Assembly: GCA_016841065.1 (NCBI GenBank)
Contig: JAENZW010000002.1
Location: 1 to 57,747, forward strand
Direction: 5' to 3'
Source of the DNA: Actinomycetota bacterium
GTDB lineage: Bacteria > Actinomycetota > Coriobacteriia > Anaerosomatales > JAENZW01
Length of the DNA: 57,747 nt
Positions 26,571-36,092 of the stretch are shown one piece after another. A program made the position numbers and the translations under genes. The notes under the pieces were generated by a model, which worked only from the letters and a program-made list of their open reading frames with translations, searched no databases and was not told where the DNA came from. Every line of letters begins with the position of its first letter. The first letter of the stretch is position 1.

Positions 26571-26653
26571 CGCCCGTCGCAGTGCCGCTCGCCTGAGAGC
26601 GGCGCCACACCAGTAGGTCTCGGTCCCTGCTCTGCCGGGGGTGAGGGGGAGGC

Positions 26654-27676
26654 ATGTTCTTTCGCATCATGGATCGGTCACGCATGCCCGATTTGGTGCG
26701 TGGCCTGGCCGCAGAGTACGAAGTCATCGGTCCGATAGCCAAGGACGGCAAGTTCGTCTTCGGCAAGGTAGAAGATCCGTCGGACCTTCGGCTCGACTAC
26801 GACACGACGCTATTGCCGCCGAAGAAGCTGTTCTTCCCGCCGGAAGAACAGATGATGCGGTTTCGTGTGGCGGACAACGAGGTCGTTGACGACGAGGTGT
26901 ATGCCGCGCCCCGTGTGGTGTTCGGTCTCCACTCGTGCGACATCAACGGGCTCTTGCTCATGGACAACGTCTTCATGCGCGACTACGAAGACCCCTATTA
27001 CAGGGCGCGGCGGGAATCGACGCTGCTCGTGGGCGTTTCGTGCACGTCGTCCGAGACGTGTTTCTGCAACGCATGGGGGACCGACGAGGTCCACTGGGGG
27101 TTCGATATCTTCCTGACGGATCTGGGCGACCGGTATTTCGTATCCGTACAGTCCGTCAAGGGCGCCGAGCTTCTCGATCGCCATGTCGAGTCTCGCGAGA
27201 TCACGTCGGAGGATACCGAGGAGTTCCAGTCGGTTACGGCGGCTTTCAAGGACTCGTTCTCAGAGACGCTGGACACCTCTCAACTACCCCTTCTGCTCGA
27301 TGCGAAGTTCAACAGCCCAATGTGGGATGAGCTGGGCGACAGGTGCCTGTCTTGCGGGGCGTGCTCCATGGTATGTCCGACGTGCTACTGCTTCGACGTC
27401 GTTGATCGGCTGGCTCCAGATCAGAAGAGCGGCGCTCGCGAGCGGCGTTGGGACTCGTGTCAGTTCGGAGAGTTCGCAGCGGTCGCGCACGGCCAGAACT
27501 TTCGGGAGTCCCGCGCGAGCCGAGTGAAGTACCGGTACTACCACAAGCAGTGGGGATACCTCTCGAAGTTCGAGCGCGTGCTGTGCGTCGGCTGTGGCCG
27601 TTGCCAGCGTGCATGTCTCGCGGGGATCAGCCCGCGGGAAGTCGTGAAGGCGCTCGAGACGGGGGGCGTGCAGTGA
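26654..27676 (+). CDS. group-3b [NiFe]-hydrogenase beta subunit (AsrA/HydB-like Fe-S protein)
   Basis: 340 aa. CLSCGACSMVCPTCYCF and CVGCGRCQRACLAGI clusters. First gene of a four-gene beta-gamma-delta-alpha set. Confidence 0.7.
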   Translation: MFFRIMDRSRMPDLVRGLAAEYEVIGPIAKDGKFVFGKVEDPSDLRLDYDTTLLPPKKLFFPPEEQMMRFRVADNEVVDDEVYAAPRVVFGLHSCDINGLLLMDNVFMRDYEDPYYRARRESTLLVGVSCTSSETCFCNAWGTDEVHWGFDIFLTDLGDRYFVSVQSVKGAELLDRHVESREITSEDTEEFQSVTAAFKDSFSETLDTSQLPLLLDAKFNSPMWDELGDRCLSCGACSMVCPTCYCFDVVDRLAPDQKSGARERRWDSCQFGEFAAVAHGQNFRESRASRVKYRYYHKQWGYLSKFERVLCVGCGRCQRACLAGISPREVVKALETGGVQ

Positions 27677-28530
27677 AGACCGCACTGGCGTATCAGCAGG
27701 CGGGCGTGAATCCCTATCGGCCGTGGCCCGCCCGGATCACATCAATCCTCGACCTGACCGAAAAGGAGAAGCTCTTCGAGCTGCGCATCATCGACGACGA
27801 GGTTCGTGGCGCGTTCTCGTTCGATTCAGGTCAGTTCGTCGAACTGTCGATCTTCGGTGTCGGTGAAGCTCCGATCTCGATATCTTCGGCACCAAGCAAG
27901 CAGGGCTTCATCGAGCTCTGTGTGCGGGAGGCGGGGGACGTCACCAGCGCACTTCACGCCAAGCGCTGCGGGGACATCGTGGGGATTCGCGGCCCGTTCG
28001 GCCGGGGCTTCCCGATGCAGGAGATGAAGGGACACGACGTTCTGCTGGTGGCCGGCGGTCTCGGTATCGCGCCGCTCAAGTCTCTCATCAATCACATTCA
28101 CGACGAGAGGCATGAATTCGGCAAGGTCACCATCCTCTACGGTGCGCGGAACCCAGATGAGATCCTGTTCAGGTACCAGTTCGATATGTGGAAGCACCGA
28201 GACGACTTCGAGCTCATCCTCACTGTCGACGTGCCTGACGACACGTGGACCGATGAGGTGGGTCGTGTCACCCGGCTGTTCGAGATGATCGAGATTGACC
28301 CGAAGAAGACATATGGGGCCATCTGCGGTCCTCCGGTCATGTATCGCTACGTGATCGACGAGATGCGCCGCAAGGAGATGGACGTCGATCGAATCTACGT
28401 TTCCTTCGAGCGACGAATGAAGTGTGGAATTGGGAAATGCGGGCACTGCGGCGTCGGGCATCAGTACACATGCATCGACGGTCCGGTGTTCAACTACTGG
28501 GAAGCGATGAACTTGCAGGAGGCGATATAG
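27673..28530 (+). CDS. group-3b [NiFe]-hydrogenase gamma subunit (FAD/NAD(P)-binding, 2Fe-2S; AsrB/HydG-like)
   Basis: FNR-like fold (GQFVELSIFGVGEAPISI, LLVAGGLGIAPL) and C-terminal CGIGKCGHCGVGH...C. GTG 27673 overlaps the upstream stop (GTGA). Confidence 0.7.
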   Translation: MKTALAYQQAGVNPYRPWPARITSILDLTEKEKLFELRIIDDEVRGAFSFDSGQFVELSIFGVGEAPISISSAPSKQGFIELCVREAGDVTSALHAKRCGDIVGIRGPFGRGFPMQEMKGHDVLLVAGGLGIAPLKSLINHIHDERHEFGKVTILYGARNPDEILFRYQFDMWKHRDDFELILTVDVPDDTWTDEVGRVTRLFEMIEIDPKKTYGAICGPPVMYRYVIDEMRRKEMDVDRIYVSFERRMKCGIGKCGHCGVGHQYTCIDGPVFNYWEAMNLQEAI

Positions 28531-29274
28531 ATGGCGCCTCGAGTAGTCGTGATCGGACTCGCGAGTGACTTCGGATGCCAGGTACAGATGACCAACATCG
28601 AGGATCACCTTCTCGAGGTCCTTGGGTTGATCGACCTGACCTACTGGCAGCTTGCGAGCAGCGGGCATATGCCCGACGAATACGATGTCGCGATCGTCGA
28701 GGGCGCGGCGACGACGCAAGAGCACCTCGATCTGCTACGCAGGGTGCGGGAGACTGCGGGTGTCGTCATTGCCATCGGATCTTGCGCGGTCACGGGGGGC
28801 ATATCCGCAATCGCAAACGCAGCTGGCATCGAGGAGGGCTTCGCGCTCGTCTACGGCGAGCGTGGACGGGTTGCGCTCGGCCGAGTCGCCCCCGCGTCCG
28901 TCGTTTCGGTCATCGATGTCGACTACATCGTTCCAGGGTGTCCGATCGACACGGATGAGTTCCTACACGTGCTTTCGCGCGCCCTACACGGACTCAGGGA
29001 CAAGACGCCGAGGCAGCCGATGTGCTTCGCATGCAAGACCCGGGAGAACGTCTGCTTCTTCGAGAAGGGTCAGCTCTGCCTGGGTGTCGTCACTCGTTCC
29101 GGATGTCATGCCCGATGCGTCACGCTGGGTCGTCCGTGCACTGGTTGCCGAGGAATCGCTCCCGAAGCCAACCTCCCTGCAGCGCGGATCGTCTTCGAGG
29201 ACCACGGGTTCGATGCCGAAAGAGCGCTGTCGTATATCAGTCTGTACAACACCAATGAAGAGGTGGTCCTCTGA
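28531..29274 (+). CDS. group-3b [NiFe]-hydrogenase small (delta) subunit
   Basis: VVVIGLASDFGCQV, IAIGSCAVTGG, VPGCPI motifs of cytoplasmic hydrogenase small subunits, followed by additional Cys clusters. Confidence 0.75.
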   Translation: MAPRVVVIGLASDFGCQVQMTNIEDHLLEVLGLIDLTYWQLASSGHMPDEYDVAIVEGAATTQEHLDLLRRVRETAGVVIAIGSCAVTGGISAIANAAGIEEGFALVYGERGRVALGRVAPASVVSVIDVDYIVPGCPIDTDEFLHVLSRALHGLRDKTPRQPMCFACKTRENVCFFEKGQLCLGVVTRSGCHARCVTLGRPCTGCRGIAPEANLPAARIVFEDHGFDAERALSYISLYNTNEEVVL

Positions 29275-30536
29275 TGGCGTTGCTCACCGTCGAACATGTT
29301 GCGCGTATCGAGGGGCACGGGACCATATCAGTCGAGGTCGAGAACGGAGAAGTCCGGGATATCACGATGGATGTCGTGGAACCCGCCCGTTTCTTCGAGT
29401 CGATGGTCGTCGGTCGTAGGTTCGATGAGGTTCCGCTGATCACATCCCGCATCTGCGGGATATGTTCGCCGAATCACGCCTTGACATCGGTGAAGGCTGT
29501 CGAGGCTGCGCTGGGTATCGAGGTGAGCGAGCGAACCACACTGATGCGAAAACTGCTTGTCTACGCCAGCTACCTTCAGAACCATGCAACGCACTTGTAC
29601 GTCTTCGCTGCCCCGGATTTCGTAGGCCTCCCGAGTGTGTTTCCTCTGGCCGAAACCCACCCAGAGGTCGTGGAACGTGCGCTGCGAATCAAGAAGCTAG
29701 GCAATGATCTGACCGCGCTCGTGGGTGGACGTCCGGTGCACCCGGTCACGGCCGTGATCGGGGGCTTCACGAAGGAACCCGACCCGTGGCAGCTGGGGAT
29801 CTTCGCGGACATGCTGCGTGAAGTGGCCACCGACGTGGCGGAGACAGTGAGCCTCTTTTCGGCGTTCCCCGTGCCCGATTTCTCGACGACTGGCGATATG
29901 TTGGCGCTCCGGGATGACAAGGACTACGCGATCTTCGATGGGGAAACGGTCTCATTGGAGGGTGGTTGGCGCAGGCCGGCGGCCGAGTATCGCGAGTTCA
30001 TCCGCGAGGAGATCGTTGCTCACAGCAACGCGAAGCACTCTACGGTGGACGGTCGGACCTTCATGGTCGGTTCGCTTCCTCGTCTCAACATCTCCTCTGA
30101 TCTGCTGACCCCCCGTGCCAAGGACTGCCTACGTGCCGCGCGCATAGGTATCGCATCGCGCAACACGTTCCACAACAACGTGTGCCAGGCCGTTGAGCTG
30201 GTGGACGCGTCCGAGAGATGTGCTGGATACATAGAGGACCTTCTCGACATGGGCGGCGACACCACGCCGGTGCCATATGCTATTCGCGCCGGTGACGGAG
30301 TTGGAGCGTCCGAGGCGCCTCGCGGTACCCTCTATCACAGCTACTCGATCGATGACGACGGCCTCGTATCGGATGGCGACGTGATCACGCCCACCGCACA
30401 GAACCTTGCGAACCTCGAAGCGGACATGCGGGCATTCGCTCCGACTGTGACCGATCTGCCTCGAGAGGAGTTCCTCCTGGCGATTGAGCAGCTGGTGCGC
30501 GCCTACGACCCGTGCCTGAGTTGCTCAGTGCACTAG
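29274..30536 (+). CDS. group-3b [NiFe]-hydrogenase large (alpha) subunit
   Basis: RIEGHG, RICGICSPNHA and a C-terminus ending exactly in DPCLSCSVH-stop. TGATG overlap with the small subunit gene. Confidence 0.85.
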   Translation: MALLTVEHVARIEGHGTISVEVENGEVRDITMDVVEPARFFESMVVGRRFDEVPLITSRICGICSPNHALTSVKAVEAALGIEVSERTTLMRKLLVYASYLQNHATHLYVFAAPDFVGLPSVFPLAETHPEVVERALRIKKLGNDLTALVGGRPVHPVTAVIGGFTKEPDPWQLGIFADMLREVATDVAETVSLFSAFPVPDFSTTGDMLALRDDKDYAIFDGETVSLEGGWRRPAAEYREFIREEIVAHSNAKHSTVDGRTFMVGSLPRLNISSDLLTPRAKDCLRAARIGIASRNTFHNNVCQAVELVDASERCAGYIEDLLDMGGDTTPVPYAIRAGDGVGASEAPRGTLYHSYSIDDDGLVSDGDVITPTAQNLANLEADMRAFAPTVTDLPREEFLLAIEQLVRAYDPCLSCSVH

Positions 30537-30620
30537 GACGCTCCCGGAAAGCAGGAATCAGTGTCCCGGTAGTCGAAATCTTGTCTAAACCCGCACGCAA
30601 CAGCAATTGAGAGGGTTCCT

Positions 30621-31922
30621 TTGGGCAAGGCCGGGTTCAGGGGTGGGGTACATCCTCCTACGTTCAAGGAGGCCACGCGAGACGTAGATACCACAAGGGC
30701 ACCTCTGCCCGAGCGGATCGTCTTGCCGATGAGCCAACACCTCGGTGCGCCGTGCATCCCGACGGTTGCGGTCGGCGAACGCGTTGCGCGAGGACAGGTT
30801 GTCGGCGACATCGACGCAATGGTCAGCGCACCCATACACTCTCCTGTGAATGGAGAGGTGACTGCCGTCGGCACCTGCATCACACCTGGTGGCACGAGGG
30901 GCGCATCCGTTGAAGTGGCGCCCGATGCGGACCAGGACTTTGCCTCATTCGTGCCGCTCGCCGATGCGGAAGACCCGCGCGACATTGTGCGCGCCGCCGG
31001 GATCGTTGGACTCGGAGGCGCTGCCTTCCCGTCGCACGTCAAGCTCCGTCCGCCTCACGACATGCCCGTCGGTGTGGTCATCCTCAACGGTTGCGAATGC
31101 GAACCGTTCCTAACGTGCGATGATCGGCTCATGCGCGAGCGCCCACAGCGAGTTGTCGCAGGGGCGCGTCACATTCGCGACATGGTGGGGGCCGCGAGAA
31201 TCATCATAGGCATCGAGGACAACAAGCCAGAGGCGATTGCCTCGATTTCGGCTGAAGCAGGCGAGGACGTGGAAGTCCTCGTTCTGCCCACGAACTACCC
31301 GCAGGGAGCTGAGAAGCAACTCATCTGGGCTACCCTCGGCAAAGAGGTTCCCCACGGCAAGCTTCCTGCGGCGACCGGTGCTTTGGTGCACAACGTTGGC
31401 ACCGCGGCGGCCATCGCCGACGCTATCGAGCTCAAGAAGCCGTTGATGGAGCGAATTGTGACCGTGACGGGCGCGGTGGCTCGACCTGCCAACTACCTCG
31501 CCCTGCTGGGCACGCCACTCGCAACTCTCGTCGCTCAATCAGGTGGGCTGATCGGCGATGTCGATCGGGTGATTGCCGGCGGTCCGATGACAGGGGCGGC
31601 TCTCGCGGACCTCTCGGTCCCCCTCGTGAAGGGTACGTCCGGCGTTGTCGGGCTCGAGCGGGGCGTCGCGGCGCCGGCGGTGAACGATGATCAGGCGTGC
31701 ATCCGTTGCGGGCGCTGCTCTAGGGCGTGCCCGATGTCTCTTGAGCCATTTGCGATCGGGATCCATGCGAACAGGGGCGATTGGGATGGATCTGAGCGAT
31801 TCATGGCGCTCGACTGTATCGAGTGCGGGTGCTGCAGCTTCGTATGCCCGACGAGACGTCCTCTGGTGCAACTGATCAGGCGCGCGAAGGGCGCGCTGAT
31901 GCAGAGGGGGTCCAGGTCGTGA
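30621..31922 (+). CDS. rnfC: Rnf electron transport complex subunit C
   Basis: GLGGAAFPSHVKL, CECEPFLTCD, CIRCGRCSRACP and CIECGCCSFVCP. TTG start after GAGAGGG. Confidence 0.85.
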   Translation: MGKAGFRGGVHPPTFKEATRDVDTTRAPLPERIVLPMSQHLGAPCIPTVAVGERVARGQVVGDIDAMVSAPIHSPVNGEVTAVGTCITPGGTRGASVEVAPDADQDFASFVPLADAEDPRDIVRAAGIVGLGGAAFPSHVKLRPPHDMPVGVVILNGCECEPFLTCDDRLMRERPQRVVAGARHIRDMVGAARIIIGIEDNKPEAIASISAEAGEDVEVLVLPTNYPQGAEKQLIWATLGKEVPHGKLPAATGALVHNVGTAAAIADAIELKKPLMERIVTVTGAVARPANYLALLGTPLATLVAQSGGLIGDVDRVIAGGPMTGAALADLSVPLVKGTSGVVGLERGVAAPAVNDDQACIRCGRCSRACPMSLEPFAIGIHANRGDWDGSERFMALDCIECGCCSFVCPTRRPLVQLIRRAKGALMQRGSRS

Positions 31923-32944
31923 GCGAACCCGTCATCGATCTCAGTCGACCGAAGATCACCTCATCACCGCATGTCGCGGCGAGCGAGAACGTGACCCAGA
32001 TCATGCTCTGGGTGGTCGCAGCTCTCGCGCCTGCGGCTATCTGGGCAGTCTGGAACCTGGGCATTCCGGCCGTAATCGTGTTCGTGGCGTGTCTCACATC
32101 CTGCCTCGGAACGGAGGCGCTGTGGAACTACCTTGCGAAACGCCCCCAGACACTGCTTGACGGGAGTGCGCTGGTGACGGGGCTTCTGCTCGCGATGACT
32201 CTGCCTCCAAGAACGCCGTGGTGGATGGCGGCGACCGGCGGCATCCTTGCCATCGCGCTCGCGAAGATGATCTTCGGGGGCCTCGGTTGGAACCTCTTCA
32301 ATCCCGCTCTCGTTGGGCGGGCGATGGTCACGATTTCATGGGCCGGGGTTCTGGCGATCCAGAAGGTGCCCGGGGGGTGGTTCGAGGGGCTGAGTCTTCC
32401 GGCAACCGGCGACCTGGATGCCATCAACGGCGCCACCCGTCTCGCGCTTGCCGCCGCGGACCGAGCCGCGAGTGGCGGCTACGCATATGACCTACAGGCC
32501 CAGTTCCAGCCGCTGCTGGTTCGCAACCTCTCCGGTTGCATCGGCGAGGTCTCGGGTGCTCTGCTCGTTCTTGGCGGATTCGTTCTGATCGCGAAGGGCA
32601 TCATTGACTGGCGGATACCGGCCGGATACATAGGCACCGTGGCGGTACTGTCGGGGCTCTTCGGCGTGAACGGTTTTCTCGAGGAGGCCGCATTCAACGT
32701 GCTCGCAGGCGGTGTCTTGCTGGGAGCGTTCTTCATGGCGACCGACTACGTGACCTCGCCCATGACAAGGACCGGGAGACTGATCTTTGCCTTCGGGTGC
32801 GGTCTGATCAATGTGGTCGGACGGTTCTTCGGACCGATGCCTGAGTCGACCACGTTCGCGATTCTGTTCATGAACGGACTCGTTCCGTTGATCGACCGCT
32901 CGCTTCGGCCGAGAACCTTCGGGTGGGTGAGCCGAGATGGATAG
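31919..32944 (+). CDS. rnfD: Rnf complex subunit D
   Basis: Polytopic membrane protein with FFMATDYVTSPMT (FMN-attachment Thr region). GTG 31919 overlaps the rnfC stop. Confidence 0.85.
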   Translation: MSEPVIDLSRPKITSSPHVAASENVTQIMLWVVAALAPAAIWAVWNLGIPAVIVFVACLTSCLGTEALWNYLAKRPQTLLDGSALVTGLLLAMTLPPRTPWWMAATGGILAIALAKMIFGGLGWNLFNPALVGRAMVTISWAGVLAIQKVPGGWFEGLSLPATGDLDAINGATRLALAAADRAASGGYAYDLQAQFQPLLVRNLSGCIGEVSGALLVLGGFVLIAKGIIDWRIPAGYIGTVAVLSGLFGVNGFLEEAAFNVLAGGVLLGAFFMATDYVTSPMTRTGRLIFAFGCGLINVVGRFFGPMPESTTFAILFMNGLVPLIDRSLRPRTFGWVSRDG

Positions 32945-33524
32945 GGCACCGTCGACCCCGACGAGCATGGTCCTTTCCGTCCTTGTCACCTGTGTGGTGG
33001 CGTCGGCTGCGCTGACGTTCACATACGAGATGACCCGTGAGCGGATCGCCGAACAGGAGCGCGTTGCCCGCGAAAAGGCGCTGAAGGACGTGCTACCTGC
33101 CGCGACGGAGTTCACGGCGGTGGATGCGAACGTGCTTTCCGCGGCAGAAGAGGCGGCGGGCGATACGCAGGTCGCTGCCGTATTCGACGCGGGAGAGAGC
33201 GGCTGGGGCATTCTTGTGGCACCCCGCGGCTACGGAGGGCCGATGAGCATGGTTGTCGGCGTGGATAGAAACGGGAAAGTGACAGGTGTCAAGATCATCA
33301 CGCAGAACGAAACGCCTGGTCTTGGCAGCAAGGTGATGACGGAACCAGAGTTCCTGCCCCAGTTCGAGGCGTGGGACGCTTCCGAGATCGAGAAGGCAGC
33401 CAAGGCGTTCGACGCGATTTCGGGCGCGACCAAGTCGTCGAACGGCGTGAGGAAGGGCGTACTGGCCGCAGGACACGTGTATGCGGACGTGCTCTCAGGT
33501 GAGGGAGGGGGAAGCAAACAGTGA
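32937..33524 (+). CDS. rnfG: Rnf complex subunit G (FMN-binding)
   Basis: N-terminal TM helix, then ETPGLGSKV and DAISGATKSSNGV motifs. Confidence 0.85.
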   Translation: MDRAPSTPTSMVLSVLVTCVVASAALTFTYEMTRERIAEQERVAREKALKDVLPAATEFTAVDANVLSAAEEAAGDTQVAAVFDAGESGWGILVAPRGYGGPMSMVVGVDRNGKVTGVKIITQNETPGLGSKVMTEPEFLPQFEAWDASEIEKAAKAFDAISGATKSSNGVRKGVLAAGHVYADVLSGEGGGSKQ

Positions 33525-34183
33525 CGGACTGGATCGCGACATTCAAGCGCGGGCTGTCTATCGAGAACCCGCTCACCATCCTCATGATCGGACTGTGCGC
33601 CACCCTGGCTGTCTCCACCAAGTTCGAGGGTGCCTTCTTCATGGGGCTGGCCGTCATCTTCGTCCTGACGATGTCGAGCATGATCATCTCGGCATTGCGC
33701 AGGGTCATCCCGGAACAGGTTCGGATACCGATCTTCATCGTCGTGATCGCATCCTTCGTGACCATCGTCGACCTGACGATGCACGCGTTCCTGCCGCCGG
33801 TCTACAACTTCCTGGGAGTGTGGATTCCTCTCATAGTCGTGAACTGCGTCATTCTCGGACGCGCCGAGGCGTTCGCGTACCACAACTCGGTTTCACTGGC
33901 CGTTGCCGACGGACTTGGCATGGGAACGGGATACTCGTTCGTGATCATCGTCCTGGCCACTTTCCGTGAATTCGTCGGGAGCGGCGAGATAGTGTTCATG
34001 AACCAGCGGATAGTGGCTCTCCCGCCTTCGTACCAGGGCCCCGGAATCGTCCTGCTGTTCCCCGGCGCATTCATAATCTTCGGCTTCATGATCGCCGGGG
34101 CTCGCTGGGTGACCGAGCGTCAAGGTCGTCGGGTGGTCGAGACCTCGAAGCACTGCACGATCGAGGAAGGGCGGGCATTGTGA
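33521..34183 (+). CDS. rnfE: Rnf complex subunit E
   Basis: NPLTILMIGLCATLAVS and IPLIVVNCVILGRAEAFA motifs. Confidence 0.85.
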   Translation: MTDWIATFKRGLSIENPLTILMIGLCATLAVSTKFEGAFFMGLAVIFVLTMSSMIISALRRVIPEQVRIPIFIVVIASFVTIVDLTMHAFLPPVYNFLGVWIPLIVVNCVILGRAEAFAYHNSVSLAVADGLGMGTGYSFVIIVLATFREFVGSGEIVFMNQRIVALPPSYQGPGIVLLFPGAFIIFGFMIAGARWVTERQGRRVVETSKHCTIEEGRAL

Positions 34184-34803
34184 TCGACATGCTGCGCAAC
34201 CTCGCACTGCTGTTCATCGGGGCCGCTCTCGTGAACAACATCCTGCTCACGCGCTTCATCGGCCTCTGCCCGTTCTTCGGTGTTTCGAGCGCGATGGAGA
34301 CATCGGTCGGCATGGCCGGAGCGGTAGTCTTCGTAATGACGCTGGCTTCTTCGGCAACGTGGGTCTTCTGGAACGTTCTGCTCGAGCCCCTGGGCGTCGG
34401 TGACTTCCTGTACATACCGGCGTTCATTCTGGTCATCGCCGCCCTCGTACAGTTCGTGGAGATGTACTTGCGCAAGGCCATGCCGGGGTTGTACCGCGCA
34501 ATGGGCATCTACCTGCCCCTCATCACGACGAACTGCGCTGTTCTTGCCGCGGCTACCGAGGCGGTGAAGCCAGGCTTCTTCAAGATGAACATCGCGTACG
34601 GTTTCGGTTTCGGTGAGGCTGTCGTATACACGCTCGGAGTCGCGGTTGGTTTCGGGTTCGCGCTCATCAGCTTCGCAGCACTGCGCGAGCGTCTCGATGT
34701 CGCTCCAGTGCCGAAGATCATGCGAGGAGCGCCGATGGCGTTTGTGACCGCGGGATTGCTGTCGCTCGGCTACGTCGGACTCTCCGGCATGTTCGGCATC
34801 TAG
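34180..34803 (+). CDS. rnfA: Rnf complex subunit A
   Basis: NNILLTRFIGLCPFFGVS and LPLITTNCAVL motifs. Confidence 0.85.
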   Translation: MIDMLRNLALLFIGAALVNNILLTRFIGLCPFFGVSSAMETSVGMAGAVVFVMTLASSATWVFWNVLLEPLGVGDFLYIPAFILVIAALVQFVEMYLRKAMPGLYRAMGIYLPLITTNCAVLAAATEAVKPGFFKMNIAYGFGFGEAVVYTLGVAVGFGFALISFAALRERLDVAPVPKIMRGAPMAFVTAGLLSLGYVGLSGMFGI

Positions 34804-34812
34804 GGGGTGACG

Positions 34813-35730
34813 ATGGAGCTCGATCTCGTACTCAAGGCTGTGGTCGCGCTGAGCGCCATCGGGATAGTCGCGTCGGCAGCGCTGGCGGCTGCCTCCAGGA
34901 AGTTCTACGTTGAGGTGGACCCACGAGTGGAAGCCGTTCTCGCATCCCTTCCTGGAGCGAACTGCGGAGCGTGTGGGAATCCATCGTGTTTCGGCGCGGC
35001 CGAAGCGATCGTCGAGGAGAAGATACCGATCACGGCGTGTACGGCGGGCGGTCAGGCTGTGGCGGACGCGGTGGCCGCGGTTCTGGGCGTCGAGGCATGT
35101 GCGGTTGCCGCCAACGTGTCATTGCGCCATTGCGGTGGAGGCCGTGCGGCATCGCGTACGTATGACTACTCCGGGCTGCAGTCATGCGCCTCAGTTGCTC
35201 GCCTGGCTGGCGGAGACCTGACGTGTCCCTATGGCTGTTTCGGCTACGGCGACTGCATGAAGGCGTGTCCGTTCGACGCCATCGCGATGGATCATCGGGG
35301 CCTGCCGGTAGTCGACCTGGACAAGTGCACTGGGTGTGAGGCGTGCGTGGCAGAGTGTCCACGCGGGCGCATCGGGCTGCTCGCGATGGTGCCCTCGGAG
35401 GGTGCGGTTGCTGTTCGCTGCAACTCTCACGACAAGCCGAAAGGTCGGAAGGCGTACTGCTCGATGTGCTGCATTGCGTGCAAGAAGTGTGAGAAGGCCT
35501 GTCCGGCCGACGCGATACACGTCGAGAATCTCAATGCGGTCGTTGACTACGACAAATGCACGGGCTGCGGGCAATGTGTGGCCGTCTGCCCGCAAGAGTG
35601 CATTGATCTGACCGGCAGGGACGCGATGGTCAGTTCAGCGCTGGCGGACGGACGTGGGCCGAAGGTCGACGGGTTCGTTCCCCGCGAGACCACTCGACTG
35701 GATTTCGCGGAAGAGGAGCCATCGGAGTGA
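34813..35730 (+). CDS. rnfB: Rnf complex subunit B (polyferredoxin)
   Basis: N-terminal TM helix, LPGANCGACGNPSCFGAAEAIV, then several CxxCxxCxxxCP motifs. ATG 34813 preferred over GTG 34807. Confidence 0.85.
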   Translation: MELDLVLKAVVALSAIGIVASAALAAASRKFYVEVDPRVEAVLASLPGANCGACGNPSCFGAAEAIVEEKIPITACTAGGQAVADAVAAVLGVEACAVAANVSLRHCGGGRAASRTYDYSGLQSCASVARLAGGDLTCPYGCFGYGDCMKACPFDAIAMDHRGLPVVDLDKCTGCEACVAECPRGRIGLLAMVPSEGAVAVRCNSHDKPKGRKAYCSMCCIACKKCEKACPADAIHVENLNAVVDYDKCTGCGQCVAVCPQECIDLTGRDAMVSSALADGRGPKVDGFVPRETTRLDFAEEEPSE

Positions 35731-36092
35731 CTCGCGGAGACCGGACAATCGTCGTGGCGATTCTCGTGGCGGTGCTGGTGTCAATACCCGTCGCGATTGC
35801 CTGGGCCGGCACAGGCTCGAGTGTGGCGACGATCGTCGGTCCGTCTGGCGAGACGCGAGTGGATCTCGCGGACAACGCCTGCTACGAGGTTGAGGGTCGC
35901 GAGGGAATCGTAATGTTCGAGGTCCGCGACGGATGTCTCCTGTGTGTGTCGTCTACCTGTGATGACCAAGTGTGCGTGAATCAAGGTCGCGTCTCCATAG
36001 GCCGTCCGGTGGTCTGCGCGCCCAACGGCGTCGTCGCGTTCGCCGCACCCACGCGGCGAGGACAGGAGGCGCTCGATGCCGTATCGCGCTAG
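35727..36092 (+). CDS. NusG domain II-containing small membrane-anchored protein (DUF1312-like)
   Basis: 121 aa. N-terminal TM helix then a beta-rich domain with CxxxxC...C. The gene context (with a Gx transporter, after rnf) is typical. Confidence 0.5.
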   Translation: MTRGDRTIVVAILVAVLVSIPVAIAWAGTGSSVATIVGPSGETRVDLADNACYEVEGREGIVMFEVRDGCLLCVSSTCDDQVCVNQGRVSIGRPVVCAPNGVVAFAAPTRRGQEALDAVSR

